DNA of 64,000 nucleotides from Lingula anatina (GCA_051362555.1 CM120642.1:16926001-16990000); one strand, 5' to 3'. Positions 35,988 through 50,461 are shown, numbered from the stretch's first letter. The notes: a model not told the origin generated them from the letters alone. Translations and numbers: made by a program.

Positions 35988-38900
35988 CTAAAGTCCATTC
36001 TGAAGGTTTAAGACAGCTATAGCATCCTGGACCTCATGATCCTCCTCATCACTTCCTGGTTCTGAGCCACTGGAAAAAAATGAGAAAACAATTACCCTTT
36101 GAACATCACGTTACATTGTTTTTGAAATAAATGATTTAACTCTAAAGATACTGACTAGATAATCAGAGAGGCGATACCACCTCTGGGTATTGTAGCACCA
36201 GCTGTAGTAAGCGCATTCGTATGGAAAAAAAAAAAAAAAACAAGGCAGCAAAGCTGTCAAATGTACAGACAGTAAACAGTAAATAAAGATGCAAAATAGG
36301 TCATATTGTCAATTTTGATGCAATAATAAATAATGCTTATAATACACTGTCAGTCAACACTGAATTTTAATCATGCACAACAGGTAACATGGTCAATAAC
36401 AGGAGCAAACCCAGGGATATTTTCTGACAGCATTCCAAAGTATCTATGTTGATCCATCCTCCATTTTGATGGTCTTCCAACAGAAAAAAATAGATACCAG
36501 TCAATATAAACTTAATAACCTGACCGTCTTCCGGAAGACCCAGAAGATGGTCTCAATCCACCCCTTCAATAAGATTACAGCTTCAGGACCATGAGAGACC
36601 AAAGTCACATGATGAAAGTCTCAATATTTGAAAAATGATGATAGTGCATAAAATAATATTATATAATGTTTAAAGACATAAAAAACAATACAATTGCTTA
36701 TGTGGAAATACAGAAAATGTGTAGAGCCTCGAGTGGATGAGAGTTAAAAAGTCGCAAATGCAAGTATTTGAGAAAAAATTGTAAAGGAAAACATAACAAA
36801 ACTAGAAAACCACAGAGAGTGCAGACCTCTTCCAAGGCAGCAATTGTTGATTATTATTGATTATTGATTGATTATTGAGCCAGACCACCACTAAAAACTA
36901 ATCATTATCCTCTTTGGCCCAATTCTGACAGTTCCTAAAAATTTCAGCAAAATCGGTCACTAACTTTTTGAGTTATGTTGATGACAGACAAACAGGGGTG
37001 AAAATATAACCTCCTTGGCAGAGCCTGAGGTAAATATAATTCCAATGAAGCTGCTATTCAAACTTTTAATCTTCGATTATATATAAATATATATATAATA
37101 TATTATATACCGGTATATATATAATAACCTGCATAATTATCACTGCTTCCTTATTATTAATCTAGCAGAGAGCTTCACTTTTGGGAGTTTACAAGGAAAT
37201 ATCAACAAGTGTGCTTTATGTAATCTCATTTAATGGTCTATCAATTAGGCAAATGACTTTATAACTCAGAAATTAGCTAAGTGATACCCAAGGGATATTA
37301 ACAGACTGACCCTCTCAAAGGTCTTTCAGGCCCATAAGTCACATCTTAAGAAAAGCACAAAACAATAATGCACAAAATAGGAGACTACCAATTCTGATGC
37401 AATAATACATGTTTTACTGCACAGTCAACATAAAATTTTAACTATACACAACAGGTAACACCGACGAAAGTAAAAGGATAAGGCTTCAGGCCCATCAGAG
37501 TTCAAGTTTATACTTAGAAAGTGTCAGAATGAGAAAAATGGAAATTTCACACAAAATTGCATGGATTCAATAATAAAAGAATTGACCAATTGACCTGGCT
37601 TTCTAATTTGAACTGCATGCCAATCCTAAAAATCATACTTGTATGTTAAAAATAATAATAAGTAACAGTTTTCTTTTCATAATGTTTGCAGTAGCAGTGT
37701 AAAAAGATTTTTGTCAATTTTGATGTAACATTACATAATAAACTATAGAATAATTATCACCAATTTTTTATTATTGACTATAAATAGCATGGACATGTAG
37801 AAAATTTGATTACCATTCCATGGGAGCTCCGAGTCCCACAATGAATATGCCAAAAAGATAATAATGAATATTTTACTAAAATGTATAACTTCCAGAAAAA
37901 GAAGCCAATTAGACTGCTTTTCCAACTCAGGCTGCATTTTAGTCCTGTGTTTCTTTTTTGAAAGTTTGACAGTCATAAGTAACATGGTTTTCCCATAATG
38001 GTCATCATGGCAGCAGCACCAAAAATTGTGTTTTCTTCTATTTTGATGCAACATTACATAATGGTTAACAGCATAATGACCATCAATTTTTAATAATAAA
38101 ATATATGTATAATGAATACTCAGAAAATGTGACTAGCATGGGTCTTCAAGCCTGTGGAGGTTCTAAGTCACACCCTGAAAATGCCATAAGTGAAAAATCA
38201 AATTTTCACAAAAAAACTGTTTAATTGTTAGAAAAATTTACCAAACAGACTGCATTGCCTATTGAAGCTATATTTTAGTCCCATGTTTCTTTCCTGTAAG
38301 TTTGAGAACAGTAAGTGACATGATTTTCCTTAAATGGTCATCATGGGAGCAGTGCCCAAAATAGGTGTTTCTTCAAATTGTGATGCAATATTACATAATG
38401 TTTAACAGCATAATGACCATCAATTTTTAATCATAAAATATTAGTATCATGGATATTCAGAAAATGTGACTAGCAAAGGTCTTCAGGACCAAAGAACTTC
38501 AAAGTCACATCTTAAAAATGCCAAAATGTAAACAAGACAGCACTGTTCTGAAATGGGTTTATTTCCATTTTTAACATTTTTTAAACATAAAACAAAATAA
38601 ACAGTTTGTTGCCATTTTATATGACCAACTAAGAAAATTGATGAGATGGGAAAAATATCAATAGAACAGTGTTAAATGTCCAATTTCCTCCATTCTGAGA
38701 TTCTGAACATAGTGGATGATTGAATCTGACAAACTGCAATGATATGAGTTTATTTCCATTTTTGACACTTCATTACACAATACACAACATTAAGTTTACC
38801 ATCATTTTTACATAATCAACTGACAATGTTGTAAAGATGCAGGAAATATCAAACAAACACTTTTACGTATCTTATTAGTTAAATAATGAGACTGTTAACA

Positions 38901-40803
38901 TGCCTAAGAATTGAATCTGAGGAAATATGAAAAAACAGCATAACTTCTAAAATAATGGCCTGATTATGCTGATTTTCATACTCAAGCTATGTTTTAGTAA
39001 GATTGACCACTCCTGTGAGTACAATGACAATTGGCCTATCTGTTTTTCTTATATTGTGTTATCAGTGTTGCATATATGCTGAAAAAAATGAAAAAACAGC
39101 ATAACTTCCATAAAAGTGGCTCTATCATGCTGATTTTCGAACTTGACCTGCATATTATAAATACTCATCATTCTGTAAGTTTCAAACCAAAAGGTAAAAC
39201 CGTTTTCCACTTATCGTGTTTACGGTATTACATATATGCTGAAAAAAGTGAAAAAAAAGCATAACTTCCCTAAAAATGACCCGATCATGCTGATTTTCGA
39301 ACTTGACCTGCGGATTATGAATATTCATCAGTTCTGTAAGTTTCAAGCCAAAAGGTAAAACAATATTCCACTTATCGTGTTTACGGTGTTGCATATATGC
39401 TGAAAAAAGTGAAAAAACTGCATAACTTCCCTAAAAATGGCCCGATCATGCTGATTTTCGAACTTGACCGGCGTATTATGAATATTCATCAGTTCTGTAA
39501 CTTTCAAGCCTAAAGGTAAAACGGTTTTTCACTTATCGTGTTTACGGTTAAAGTGCACGCCAACGGCGACGGCGACGGCGACGACAGACGCAGATGACGG
39601 CTATATGTACAGACACATCTGTGTCTGTACATAAAAAAAGGGACACTACCTCCAGTGTTGTGCTTGACAAGCTCTACAAAAAGCTATAACCAAGAGTTCT
39701 CATTTTTTGTAGAAAATGACAATATATAACAAAATTGTGGGGGAAATATAAAAAGTTAAATCAAATTATTCCATATTTACAAAGAAATCAGTCTGTCTGT
39801 CTCTACTTACCTTGGCCACACATTATAAGCATCCATTACACTGTCAGTGTCCTCCTGGCCATTCTCTGTCATTTTCACAGTAAGTGCACAACAACCAAAG
39901 CCTGGAGAATAGTAGACCAACAATCAAAGACTATTCTTGGCCACTGTCATGCTGTGTGAACATGTGTGTGCATATGTGTTTGTACGTGTATGTGCACCTG
40001 CTTCTTTGTACGAGTAGCTTTGTGTGTGCACATCCATGCTCACTTGTGTCCCTGTTTGTGTTCGAGTATCCTTGCATGTATGTGTGTATCCCTTTTTGTA
40101 TGTGCATGTGAATACATGCACATGCATGTTTGCTCGGGTGCATTCTGCTTGGTACATTGTGAGTGTAACCATGCATTCTAAAGCACGAAGTGTGGAGTGA
40201 TAGGGACCATTTCCAGACCCTATCGTCCTAACTGTGGATTGATCTATCTCAAAGGGGATTCTCCCTAAACTGCAATCAACTTAAACAGCTAAGATGTCTG
40301 TCATGCCTACTAAGTTGCTAGCGGGTAATTAATTATTGTTTAGCACTTAGGCTGAAAACAATTTAGCAAAAAAAAAAAAAAAAACCTTGGAGATGGATCG
40401 ATCCTGTTAGACTGATCTGGGTATGGGAACCCAGTCATACTTACTCCCTAAAGGTGTTGGTAAGGAACCATACAGTGTCCACTTGTCCAGCTCTGGATCG
40501 TACTGTTGGATGGACTGAAGGTGATCCTGTACAGAGTTAACACCTCCAAGAATCAGCAGCTTTTCCTCCAGCACTGAAATGTGAACAAGGGCCTGTTTAC
40601 TTGATATGCATGTCTCTCACAGTTAGTCAAAAAGATTCTGGGTAGAAAGCCACAAAATTCTGATATGGATTCTAGAGACTTTCACCAAGTACCATTTTCC
40701 CAAAATAATTTTAGACCATAAGTCTAACTTAACTTTTAGGCCAAATTATTAATCTGCTTTGGCCCTATATAAATTCTTAACAGTCCACTCATTGAAGTTT
40801 TTG

Positions 40804-40840
<37 letters not shown>

Positions 40841-43800
40841 GGCATGGCTGCCACTCACCAACAGCTGCCATATAACTTGTATCATTTCTGAGTGGTGAAA
40901 TATAAGTCCACTGGTTAGTACTAGGGCTGTAAGCTTCCACCGTGATCAGGCACCTCGGGGATTGATCATCCATACGACCCCCACACACTATAAGCCTGTC
41001 TCCAACCTTGGTCATTGTATGGCCCAACCTGCCTGCAAAGCATTTATATCAGCAAAAATGACCATTAGCTTGGTAGTTGGATGACAATTATCAAACACAA
41101 GACAAAAACTTTCATATCGTCAGCTGACATTTATAAGAAGGTCCTGGCCGCTATACCACCTAGCAGTCAGTGAGTAACAACATCTGCTCACATCAGTCTG
41201 ATGAAGGCCCATGTCCAGGTTGGCCATAAGCTAACGGTATGAAAGTTTTTCGGCTTGTATTCGATAATTTTCATTTATGAAGCATTTATATCATTTTGTT
41301 ATCAAGTACTAGGGAACTTGCATCTAAAATGTTTCACATATTATCTTCCAAAGTTATTGATTGTAAAAAGGTTTTTGTCATCAATGAATTTTCATTCAGT
41401 CATTAGTTGGTTTACTTATCTCCTTGTTTGTCCATTGGTTTCATTCTTTATTGTCCCCAGTATATTTTATTTATTGTAAGCATTAGGGTTAATATTTTCA
41501 AACATGTCATTATTTTAGACAGACAAATCAAAACTTCAGCAAAAGTTCATCGCAGCACCAACCTGTCAACATTTTGTTGGCTGTACTCCACCTGTTGGTC
41601 TCTGGATCATACACTTGCACCTTGTCTGTTCCAACATCACTGTTACCTTCTATCCCACCACTGACATACATCTGGAGATGAAAAGATAAGAAAATAAGAC
41701 TGGGTTCCCACAAACCTATCACACAAGCAGGGTTGATCTAACTCTGAGGGGATTCTCACTAAATTGCACTCAGTTTAGGCGGCTTAAATGTCTGTCATGC
41801 ACACTTAAGCTGCTAGGGAGGTTATTAACTTTCATGCATGTTTAAAGTAAATGCTACTTAGTGAAAAGCCTCTCGGAGATAGATCGATCCTGCTAGTACG
41901 ATAGGGTATGGCAATGGTCCCTAATTGGATATGTATTCCTGATTTAGCCTTTTATCTAAAAAAAAAAGGTGAGATAAACATCATGTTGACGAGTACAGTT
42001 TAAGAAAATGGTATAAACTACCCAATGCATTTGATGCAATCACTTTTTACTGTTTGGGACACCAGCGCCCACTAGCAAAAAGCTGAAACAATGTCAGGTA
42101 AAAGAATACAATTTTGCAAGCCCCACTTCAATTCTACTGGCATATGGGGTGAGTGTCACAGAGTGTAAGACTCATAAATTCCTTACTTTGTTCTGACACT
42201 CGGCAGCAGCATGGTCAATTAAAGATGAGGGAAGAGACGTCACATATTCCCACACCTCTTCTCTCATGTTGAATCTCTCTACTGATGACAAAAAAGCATC
42301 ATGGCCCATTCCTCCTGCTACATACAGAAAGTCTGAAAGAATTAGAAACAAACGAATGGTAAGTGCAACAAAAAGATCATCCAAAATTTTCCCTTTTTTC
42401 AAACAGTACTGTTACAGTAGTTTTAAACAATTTAATCTTGATATTTTTCATTAAATTTTTTTCTTTTCTTATTTTGAGCCACACATCTACCACTTCAAAG
42501 AATCTTGAAATTGAATTTGTATAACTTTCAAAAACTCGAGCATATAGGCAACAAATCACTTTCACATAAGAAGATATAAAACATCACGATGGCCCCATAT
42601 TTATGGCACGAGCATACTAAGATCAATCTGCGACCCACCTCCAATGCGCACTGCAGCATGATGTGCCCTATCTTCCAACATGTACGGCATATCCCACAGG
42701 GCAAATCCCCCAGGCACAAACAGCTTCACCTCATTTGTGGGGAACTTCTGAGCCTGAGGCAGGGTCACCCAGGAGTACAGATACCCACCGATGAGAATCC
42801 CAAAGTCATTCACCTCCATGAAAACACAGTGAGACCTGGAATCAAATGTCCCGACGACTCCTAAAGGAAACCATCGCTGATTGTCCAGGTGGAAGTAGTG
42901 ATTATGGGTGTAACCTACCAGTGTTCCCGCAAGTTCGTCCCCGTAGGAATACATGATATGATGCTCCCCGCCTATTTGGACCAAAGTTTTGCGTGTGTAG
43001 CGGACGCGCGTTCTGTTGCACTGGTAGAGATGTTTTCTTGATGCATTCTGCATGTAATTGCTTGCATAGTTCAGGATTTCCATGCAGCCATTAATGTTTG
43101 ATTTAAATGGCTCCCTTTCCTGTGCATACTCTATGGTTGGCCAGCCATCTAAAGTAAACCTGATTTTTTCAAATACACTGTGAGCAACATTTTTCCTGGC
43201 TTCAGGGTCATGATCATACCATCTCAAAGCACACTTCAACAATCTAGCCTCAGTAGTGGTTTTCAAAGAATCATCCGCCAGGTAATCAGCCAGTGTTTTG
43301 GCATCTAACTTAAGAAACTGTTCTGTTTGTGAAAACTCATAAAAATTATCCAGAATATACTTTTTCTTATACTGGTTCACTTTCACCAAACCATGTGTCT
43401 CGGCAAGAGCTGATAATTTTTCAGCGTTATCGAAAGTTATGTTCGATTTTAGAAACGATGAACAAAGTTCCATAGCAGATGTCATCTGCAGAAAGCTTGC
43501 AACTGACAGAACATTTTCTATGTTGTCTAAATTCAAGTGTAGTTTCCCTGAGTAAGCAAAATTGATGAGTTGTCTCATGGCCATTGTGTCAAGACCATCA
43601 AGCTGCAGCACGCTGCTCCTGCTCTCGCGCATTCCGTGTGTGAACAATGCCCTGAAGTAGTCGCTACATCCTGCCAATACTACCTTGTGAACCTTTCACA
43701 AAAGAAAAAAAATTCTTTAAATACTTCAACAAATAATTCATTAAAGGTATATTACACACTTGAAAATGTCTTTAAGTTTTACTTTCATGTCTAAATGACC

Positions 43801-44554
43801 CAGCTGCACAAATTATTATAGTTAAACCATAAATATAATATAAAATTCCTTTAAGGCCCCATTCAGAATAGGGGACTACTAGTGAATAGTCTGAGGGTCA
43901 AAAATGGCCAATCACTTGTCAATGAATACTTCCCCATGGGACTTTATAGTGTTTATTAGCAGACTAGACAGCAAGCTTTGTAGTGGGTGACCATATTTCA
44001 CCTTCGGACTAGTTAGTCCCTCATTCTGAATGGCCCCTTACTAAAGTATCTGATGTTGAATGATATTTTCTTTTGAAGTGTCACACAGACTATGGTATGA
44101 CCAAAACTGAATAATGAATTAGAAAGAGTACAAAACATCAAATCTAAGTGCGGGAATGGGTCTTGCAATGTTTCTATGTAAGGGAAATTGCTTTTTTGAC
44201 AAAGAAAAATTGATTTGGTGCCAAAAGCCTGGATAGGATACATTTCAGAGTAAGAACAAGGTAGACAAACATTATAAACATAACAATTACTGAAATTTTA
44301 GTCTAAGTTCAGAATATTGTTTTTGTACAAACGTTATAAGAATAAATGTATCACCAATAACGTGATCAATGACATAAATTAAAAATTCTCCATAAATTTT
44401 ACATTGCTAATATATTTTGACAATGTTAATGACTTACCTCAAACTTCTCTTCATTCACCTTGAGCACATAGTCACACAGAAGTCTCTCTTGATAGAACTC
44501 TCCTAGCCTGGACAGAAGAAACTGACCATACTGGCCCTGATCCCCAGTGGACAT
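35988..44554 (-). CDS. Kelch-like BTB-BACK-kelch protein, ~633 aa, 8 coding exons
   Basis: Exons 44554-44438, 43692-42639, 42332-42187, 41671-41563, 41032-40859, 40573-40445, 39901-39811 and 36069-35988. All GT-AG, total 1902 nt in frame. HKVVLAGCSDYFRALF and kelch GG..Y...W repeats. Orthology not resolved. Confidence 0.92.
36239..39638 (-). mobile_element. Non-autonomous Helentron (HINE/DINE-1-like), copy 1, in the last kelch intron
   Basis: Terminal palindrome atgtacagacacatctgtgtctgtacat next to an A-tract, a GGCGAC microsatellite and ~170-bp tandem repeats. The other end has subTIR tgtacagaca and hairpin ggcagc-aaa-gctgtc. No TSD. Confidence 0.85.
36798..37034 (-). mobile_element. Small HINE-type element nested in the large HINE (also at ~50137-50361)
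   Basis: aaaactag...acctct(t/g)ccaagg...gacagacaaac...aacctccttggcagag..gtaaa architecture. Confidence 0.7.
40203..40436. mobile_element. MITE with 3-bp TSD (Harbinger/Tourist-like), copy 1
   Basis: TSD ATA, imperfect ~50-bp TIRs, homologous to 41698-41921. Confidence 0.7.
41698..41921. mobile_element. MITE with 3-bp TSD (Harbinger/Tourist-like), copy 2
   Basis: TSD TAA, imperfect TIRs, interior shared with 40203-40436. Confidence 0.7.
43855..44037. mobile_element. Harbinger-like MITE
   Basis: TIR ggccccattcagaataggggacta / tagtccctcattctgaatggcccc with TWA flanks. Confidence 0.7.
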
Positions 44555-44792
44555 GGTCAAAGCTGAAATAGTAGACGATCAATTTTTGGGTGGCAGCCCT
44601 AAAGGGTCCACTATTCAGAGGGTTCCCTTTTCAGAAAACTAAAGGAGCTTTCGAAGGTCTTTCATTCCGAAGGTTTGAGGGTCTGCTATTCCAAATGTCC
44701 ATTATTCTGAAGGTCTGCTATTCCAAAAAACTTTATTGATGTTATAGCTGAGCTTAAACCAAGGACGTGTAAATTGCAATTATTGTAATTAG

Positions 44793-44951
44793 GGGGGGCG
44801 TCTCGATAGTCCGAAGGTTCTTTGGTCCAAAAAACGGTAACATTTTCATCAGTTTTTTAATCAAGGGTTCATTGGTCCGAAGGTTCTGTAGTGAACATTC
44901 GGACCAATGAACCTTCAGACTATTGAACCTTCGGACTATTGCTACGGCCCC
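44793..44951. mobile_element. MITE with 8-bp TSD nested in a related CCGAAGG-rich element (~44604-45358)
   Basis: TSD GTAATTAG (44785-44792 / 44952-44959). Inverted atagtccgaaggttc / gaaccttcggactat. Confidence 0.7.
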
Positions 44952-45489
44952 GTAATTAGTACAAGTCCTTGCTTAAATGAATTGTATTTGCTGCAAAATT
45001 GGGGCACACTTTTAATAAAAATGGATTTTCTCAGGAAAACATGAAAAAAAAAATGTTGTAGGTCGTGTTACTCAATTTAAAAAATTCATGTTAATTCTTA
45101 TGAATTGTTGTTAGTTACAAAGTTTTGAGATTATGACTCCAGGCTGCAAAATACATTTGGTGCAATGTAGGTTACGATATGGTTCATATCAATAAGATCT
45201 TCTTGTAGCCTGTAGACATATGCTCTCCTGTTCTATTTTGCAATTTGGTCGTGTACAGTCTCCTGGGAGAATTTTCTATCTTTGTGATGTTTTGCTCTTT
45301 CTGTCACTTCGGAATAGCGGACCCTCAGAGCAGCGAACCTTCGAAATAGCAGACCCCATGAAATATAGACGCGCACCCTAATTTTTTTTAATTTTGTGCA
45401 CAGTTCACTATACATTCATAATTCAGCTGGGTTAAGTTGTTACTTGGCTCAGTTTTCAAAAGTTATTAATGCTAAATTCATATCTGGAA

Positions 45490-45955
45490 CGGCTTACCTT
45501 CAAAGAAGAAAAGTCGGTTCCAAACCTTCGCCTAATGCTGTATCACAACACTAGAAGCCCCTGCACCACTCCAACCTCCCTGCTTCACGTTGTTGTTTTG
45601 GCTTGAATTGGGTCACTGTGTTTGCTGTGCGTGGTGCAGAGATTACTTTCGTATTCATGAAATTCGAAAATATTTGGTCCAAAATATTTGTACTGTGTAA
45701 TTTTTTAAAAGAAAAGTTTTCTATACATTTTTATGGTTTATTCACGGTGCAGTATGTTCAAATTGCTATAAATGGTTATACTTATATAAATAACTACTTA
45801 TTATTTGGCTTTGTACGTATTCAATTTCCGGCTACTTCCGCTTCAGACCGATCCTTTGAAAATAACCGGACCTTATTAAAATAGATTGGGATAAATTGCA
45901 AAAGAACACACCAAGGTTTAAAATATTTGCTTGGAATTATCTGAAATTACGGTAT
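45490..45955. promoter_or_regulatory. Probable bidirectional promoter with non-coding first exons of the kelch gene and MAT2B
   Basis: Head-to-head genes. Minus-strand donor at ~45497 and plus-strand donor at ~45952. ETS-like TTCCG motifs at ~45826-45841. Confidence 0.5.
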
Positions 45956-46397
45956 GTAGCTCTTTTCATGATAAAAATGGATGACATTTTGTTTTATAGG
46001 TGAAAAACGAGTCGCAAATCCATGTCACAAATCTTTCTTGTTGATCGTGCAGTTCTTGCATGGTAATCGCCCTGCTGATGTTTTACTTTCAAGATAATAT
46101 AAATATGTTGATCTACTTTGTCTGACTCAAGGTACATTAATGCAGGTTTTAGTAACCTTTGTCTAGCGAAAAAAAAGCTGCAGCTGCTCACCATGTATAA
46201 CTGAAACAAGCCAACGATTTACTGTGGAGTGTGGTATTTAATGTTATCCAAGGCATCTAAGTTTTGTTTTTGACTAAATGAAGCAAAGAAAGCAACTCCT
46301 ACAGTGACCCTGCCACATCCTGTGTAAGATAATTTGATCTTTAGTCACATTTACTGTACATGTATTAATACGATTTCAAACCTTAATTTAGAAGGGC

Positions 46398-46609
46398 ATG
46401 GAGAAGAAAGTTTTGATCACAGGAGCCTCGGGCTTGCTTGGTAGAGCAATCTACAGACTGTTTGAAGAAGACCCTACTTGGGAGGCCTTAGGTCTTGCAT
46501 TCTCTCGAGCCAAGGGAAAACTGTGCAAGGTTGATCTCACAGATCCCCAGGCCTTAGAGAAAGTGGTGGATGAATTTAAAGTAAGTTTGTTGACCTGCTT
46601 ATAATAATA

Positions 46610-46640
<31 letters not shown>

Positions 46641-48834
46641 TAATTCAGCCCTTGCTGTTGTGTAGGAACTTGCATAATTTGGATTTTGATTGTCTGATAA
46701 AAGGTTAATTTGAATGTTGCTAAATGTGATGACTTTAAAACAATAAGTGTTCATATTAGAAAATGGTGCCAGAGGTTAATAAAGTTATTTGTACTAGATT
46801 CATCAATGAATCGAATGTATTGCAATTCTGCAAACCCGCACACTAAACATTTTAGAAGATGCCAGTTACGTTGTATATTCAATCACAGTAGCAATTGGTT
46901 ACCATCATTACAGTGTTTTGTTGGCTATTTTACAGCCAAGTTTCATCATCCACTCTGCCGCTGAAAGAAGACCAGACATGGTAGAGAAACAGGAGGAACA
47001 AACCAAGAACTTGAATGTGATGGCGACAAAGAATCTTTGCCAGGTTGCAGGTACTACTGTCCATCAGCAGCTTTTCATTTATTTTTTAAATTCCATTTAA
47101 AACTTTAAAAAGTAAACAGAAACATTGGTATTATATTTGTTTTCATTATTTATGAGATTCATGGATATTCAATAAAAATTATGGCACAAAGGCATAAAAT
47201 TCAGCACCACCAAGAAAAGCGTGCACTCATGACGGCAGTCCAACCTGAAGTGATTAAATAAAAATAAATTAAATAAAATTAAATAAAAATTACGCATGAA
47301 GCATTAAAATTAGAAATGCTGTGATAAAAAAATATGAAACAGATAATGAAATGGTTTTGCCTTGAGTGATCTTTTAATTTTTGTGTTTTATCCTTTTATC
47401 CGGATTTGTAAGTGCCCCGTTCTGAATGCACTCTAAATTTCAAATCTTTTGATTTAATTTTGAGGTATTATTAACATAACATTTTTGGAGAAATATATTT
47501 ATTCATATTGTTTGAATAAGTCGAGTTATTACGGTTACTATATTTTCAGTGAAGAACAATGCCTGGCTCCTTTACATGAGCACTGATTATGTGTTTGATG
47601 GGAAGTCGCCTCCCTACTCTGTTGATGCAAAACCCAACCCACTTAACAAGTACGGCCAGAGTAAGCTAGATGGAGAAAAAGTTGTGTTGGAATGTAATAA
47701 AGGTAAGCACAACTACCAGCTTCAGAAATTGAAACTTGAGGCAAGTCTGAAATGCTTTTTAAGGCGTTCAGGAGCCTTACTGAGCTAATGGATGGAGGGT
47801 GGCGATGGAAGGGTTAGAGGAGATGCATGGTGATTTATGGGGGCAAAGTGTAATGGGTGGATGAATGGTGACACAAGTAAAAAGTGACTGAATATTCTTG
47901 CACAAAAGAAAACTTGGAACATTCTAGTATATATTAGGCAAAGCCAATAATTATAATTTCATTTCTTTGATTAAATTGAATCTTCATTCTTTTTATTTTT
48001 TTTAGCATCTGCCATATTTTCTTTATCCCTTCAATTATTACAAATACATGTATTTGTAAGTTAATGCCTGGTGAACTGATTGAGCTTCAAAATGTTTTAA
48101 GAGAGGTCCATTTATTCCTTCTTCTTTTCAGATTTTGGAATTCTCCGTGTGCCAATTCTGTATGGAGAGCTAGAGTTCATAAAAGAAAGTGCAGTCACAG
48201 AATTATTCACAAAGTTAACCGACACAAGCAAGTCATTTGTTGTATCAGACTATGAGCAGAGGCACCCTACACATACCAGAGATGTGGCCAAAGTAATTCG
48301 GCAGATGCTAGAAAAGAAACTGGAGGTACGTACATATTAGTAACATGGCTATATTTCCTAAATGATCACATATGGGCACAGTTTGTGGTCAGAATAAATT
48401 CAAATTAGACATGTTGGCTTTTTCAGTAAGCTGTATAATGCTGTTACAGTATATTAAACAAGGAAGTAAATGAGAGTGCTGATTATACTTATTGAAATAT
48501 AACATGTTGGCTAATTTATTCATGTCTTTATGTAATTTATTAATATTTGTCAATTAATATTGTTCATTATTAGGGGCAAGCACTATCAGGCGTTTTCCAT
48601 TGGAGCGGGAATGAGAAAATGACAAAGTATGGCATGATATGTACCATGGCCAGTGTGTTTAACTTGCCCCACAGTCACATCCAGGGGGATAACCAGCCTA
48701 CAGCAGGTGCCCCTAGACCCTATGATGCAGAACTGGACTCGAGTAGACTTCAGTCCCTGAACATTGGCAGCTATACCTTGTTTGGTAAAGGAGTACATGA
48801 ATGCTTAGAGCCATTTTATAAGCAGAGTACTTAA
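46398..48834 (+). CDS. MAT2B: Methionine adenosyltransferase 2 subunit beta, ~301 aa, 5 exons
   Basis: Exons 46398-46580, 46936-47050, 47550-47702, 48132-48325 and 48574-48834, in frame. [47 protein letters not shown] and [12 protein letters not shown]. Confidence 0.96.
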
Positions 48835-49577
48835 TGAGTGATGGTCAAAAATGTAACCGAGAATCAAAAGTTGTATATTGAATATTTGATTGGGTATAAT
48901 AATATTATGAAATGTACAAATGGTTGTTTTTTAAACTTAAAAATGATTATATATGTATTTTAATAAATGACATAAAAAATTTAAGTGAATCATGGGAATT
49001 GATAATATGTTAGGTAACTCTAAAATGTTAAAGTTTACAGGGGTATTGTTTTCAGACTTAGCTTGATAACTGTTGTTAAAAATAGGCCACGAGACTTAAT
49101 TGGCAACAGAAAAAAAGGGGTACATCAAATGGATGAATTTTTTTCTTTTTGATATTATTTAGTTACAGTGACTTTTCCAGCTCACCATTTTTTGTGGGTT
49201 TAACCCATGTGAATTTTAAAATATATATTGCAGGTTTTATTTCAGTTAAAGATTTTTGAATATTAACAGGGCTCTGTAACTCAAGAGCATTGCAAATTGC
49301 GAATAGCGCTATCAGCTTTTATTTCGAGGCTATTATATGGGGCGAGTAAATCCCAAGTTATGCGATAGAGACGTTTATGCTCCGTCGCAATTGGCGTTGC
49401 TTTTGAGTTGTGGAGCCCAGTCCTCACTGAAAAAGTAGGAAAATTGGCCAGTGGGTCCAGGGTACATGATTCACAAGAATGACCCAAATGACCCTGAAAA
49501 AGTCGGAAATCCTACAAAAGTTGGAAAAGTCTCATCAGTGCAAGATATAAAAATATTGGATGTTCACTTGGTAAAGT

Positions 49578-50397
49578 AACAAGGCAGCAAAGCTGTCAAA
49601 TGTACAGACAAAAAACAGAAAATAAAGATGCAAAATAGGTCATTTTGTCAATTTTGATGCAATAATAAATAATGCTTATAATAGCACTGTCAGTCAACAC
49701 TGAATTTTAATCATGCACAACAGGTACCATGGTCAATAACAGGAGCGAACCCAGAGATATTTTCTGACAGTATTCCAAAGTATTTATGTTGATCCATCCT
49801 CCATTTGTATGGTCTTCCAACAGAAAAAAATAGATACCAGTCAATATAAACTTAATAACCTGACCGTCTTCCGGAAGACCCAGAAGATGGTCTCAATCCA
49901 CCCCTTCAGTAAGATTACAGTTTCAGGACCATGAGAGTTCAAATTCTCATGATGAAAGTCTCAATATTTGAAAAATGATGACAGTGCATAAAATAATATT
50001 ACATAATGTTTAAAGACATAAAAAACAATACAACTGCTTATGTGGAAATATAGAAAATGTGCAGAGCCTCAGGCAGATGAGAGTTAAAAGTCACAAATGC
50101 CAGTGTTTGAGAAAAAATTAAAAAGGAAAACATAACAAAACTAGAAAAGCACTCCAAGAGCACAGACCTCTGCCAAGACAGCAATTGTTGATTATTATTG
50201 ATTGATTATTGATCTGGACCACCACCAAAAACTAATCATTGTCCTCCTTGCCCACTTCTGACAGTTCCTGAAAATTTCATCAAAATAGGTCCGTAACTTT
50301 TTGAGTTATGTTGATGACAGACAAACAGGGGTGAAAACATAACCTCCTTGGCAGAGGTAAATATAATTCCAATGATGCTGCCATTCAAACTTTTAAT

Positions 50398-50461
<64 letters not shown>

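Noticed and set aside
37743-39394. Recurrent short ORFs (MQHRKHDKW..., MLHQNRRKH...) suggesting a gene family
   Set aside because: They are translations of HINE internal repeats, and frames are not conserved among copies.
39884-40181. Overlapping Cys/Val- and His/Thr-rich ORFs (also 61456-61755)
   Set aside because: Translations of degenerate TG/CA microsatellite in introns.
49268-49540. hAT-like MITE ends (also ~62820-62990 and ~63440-63520)
   Set aside because: Plausible short repeats, but TIR/TSD pairs could not be fixed.
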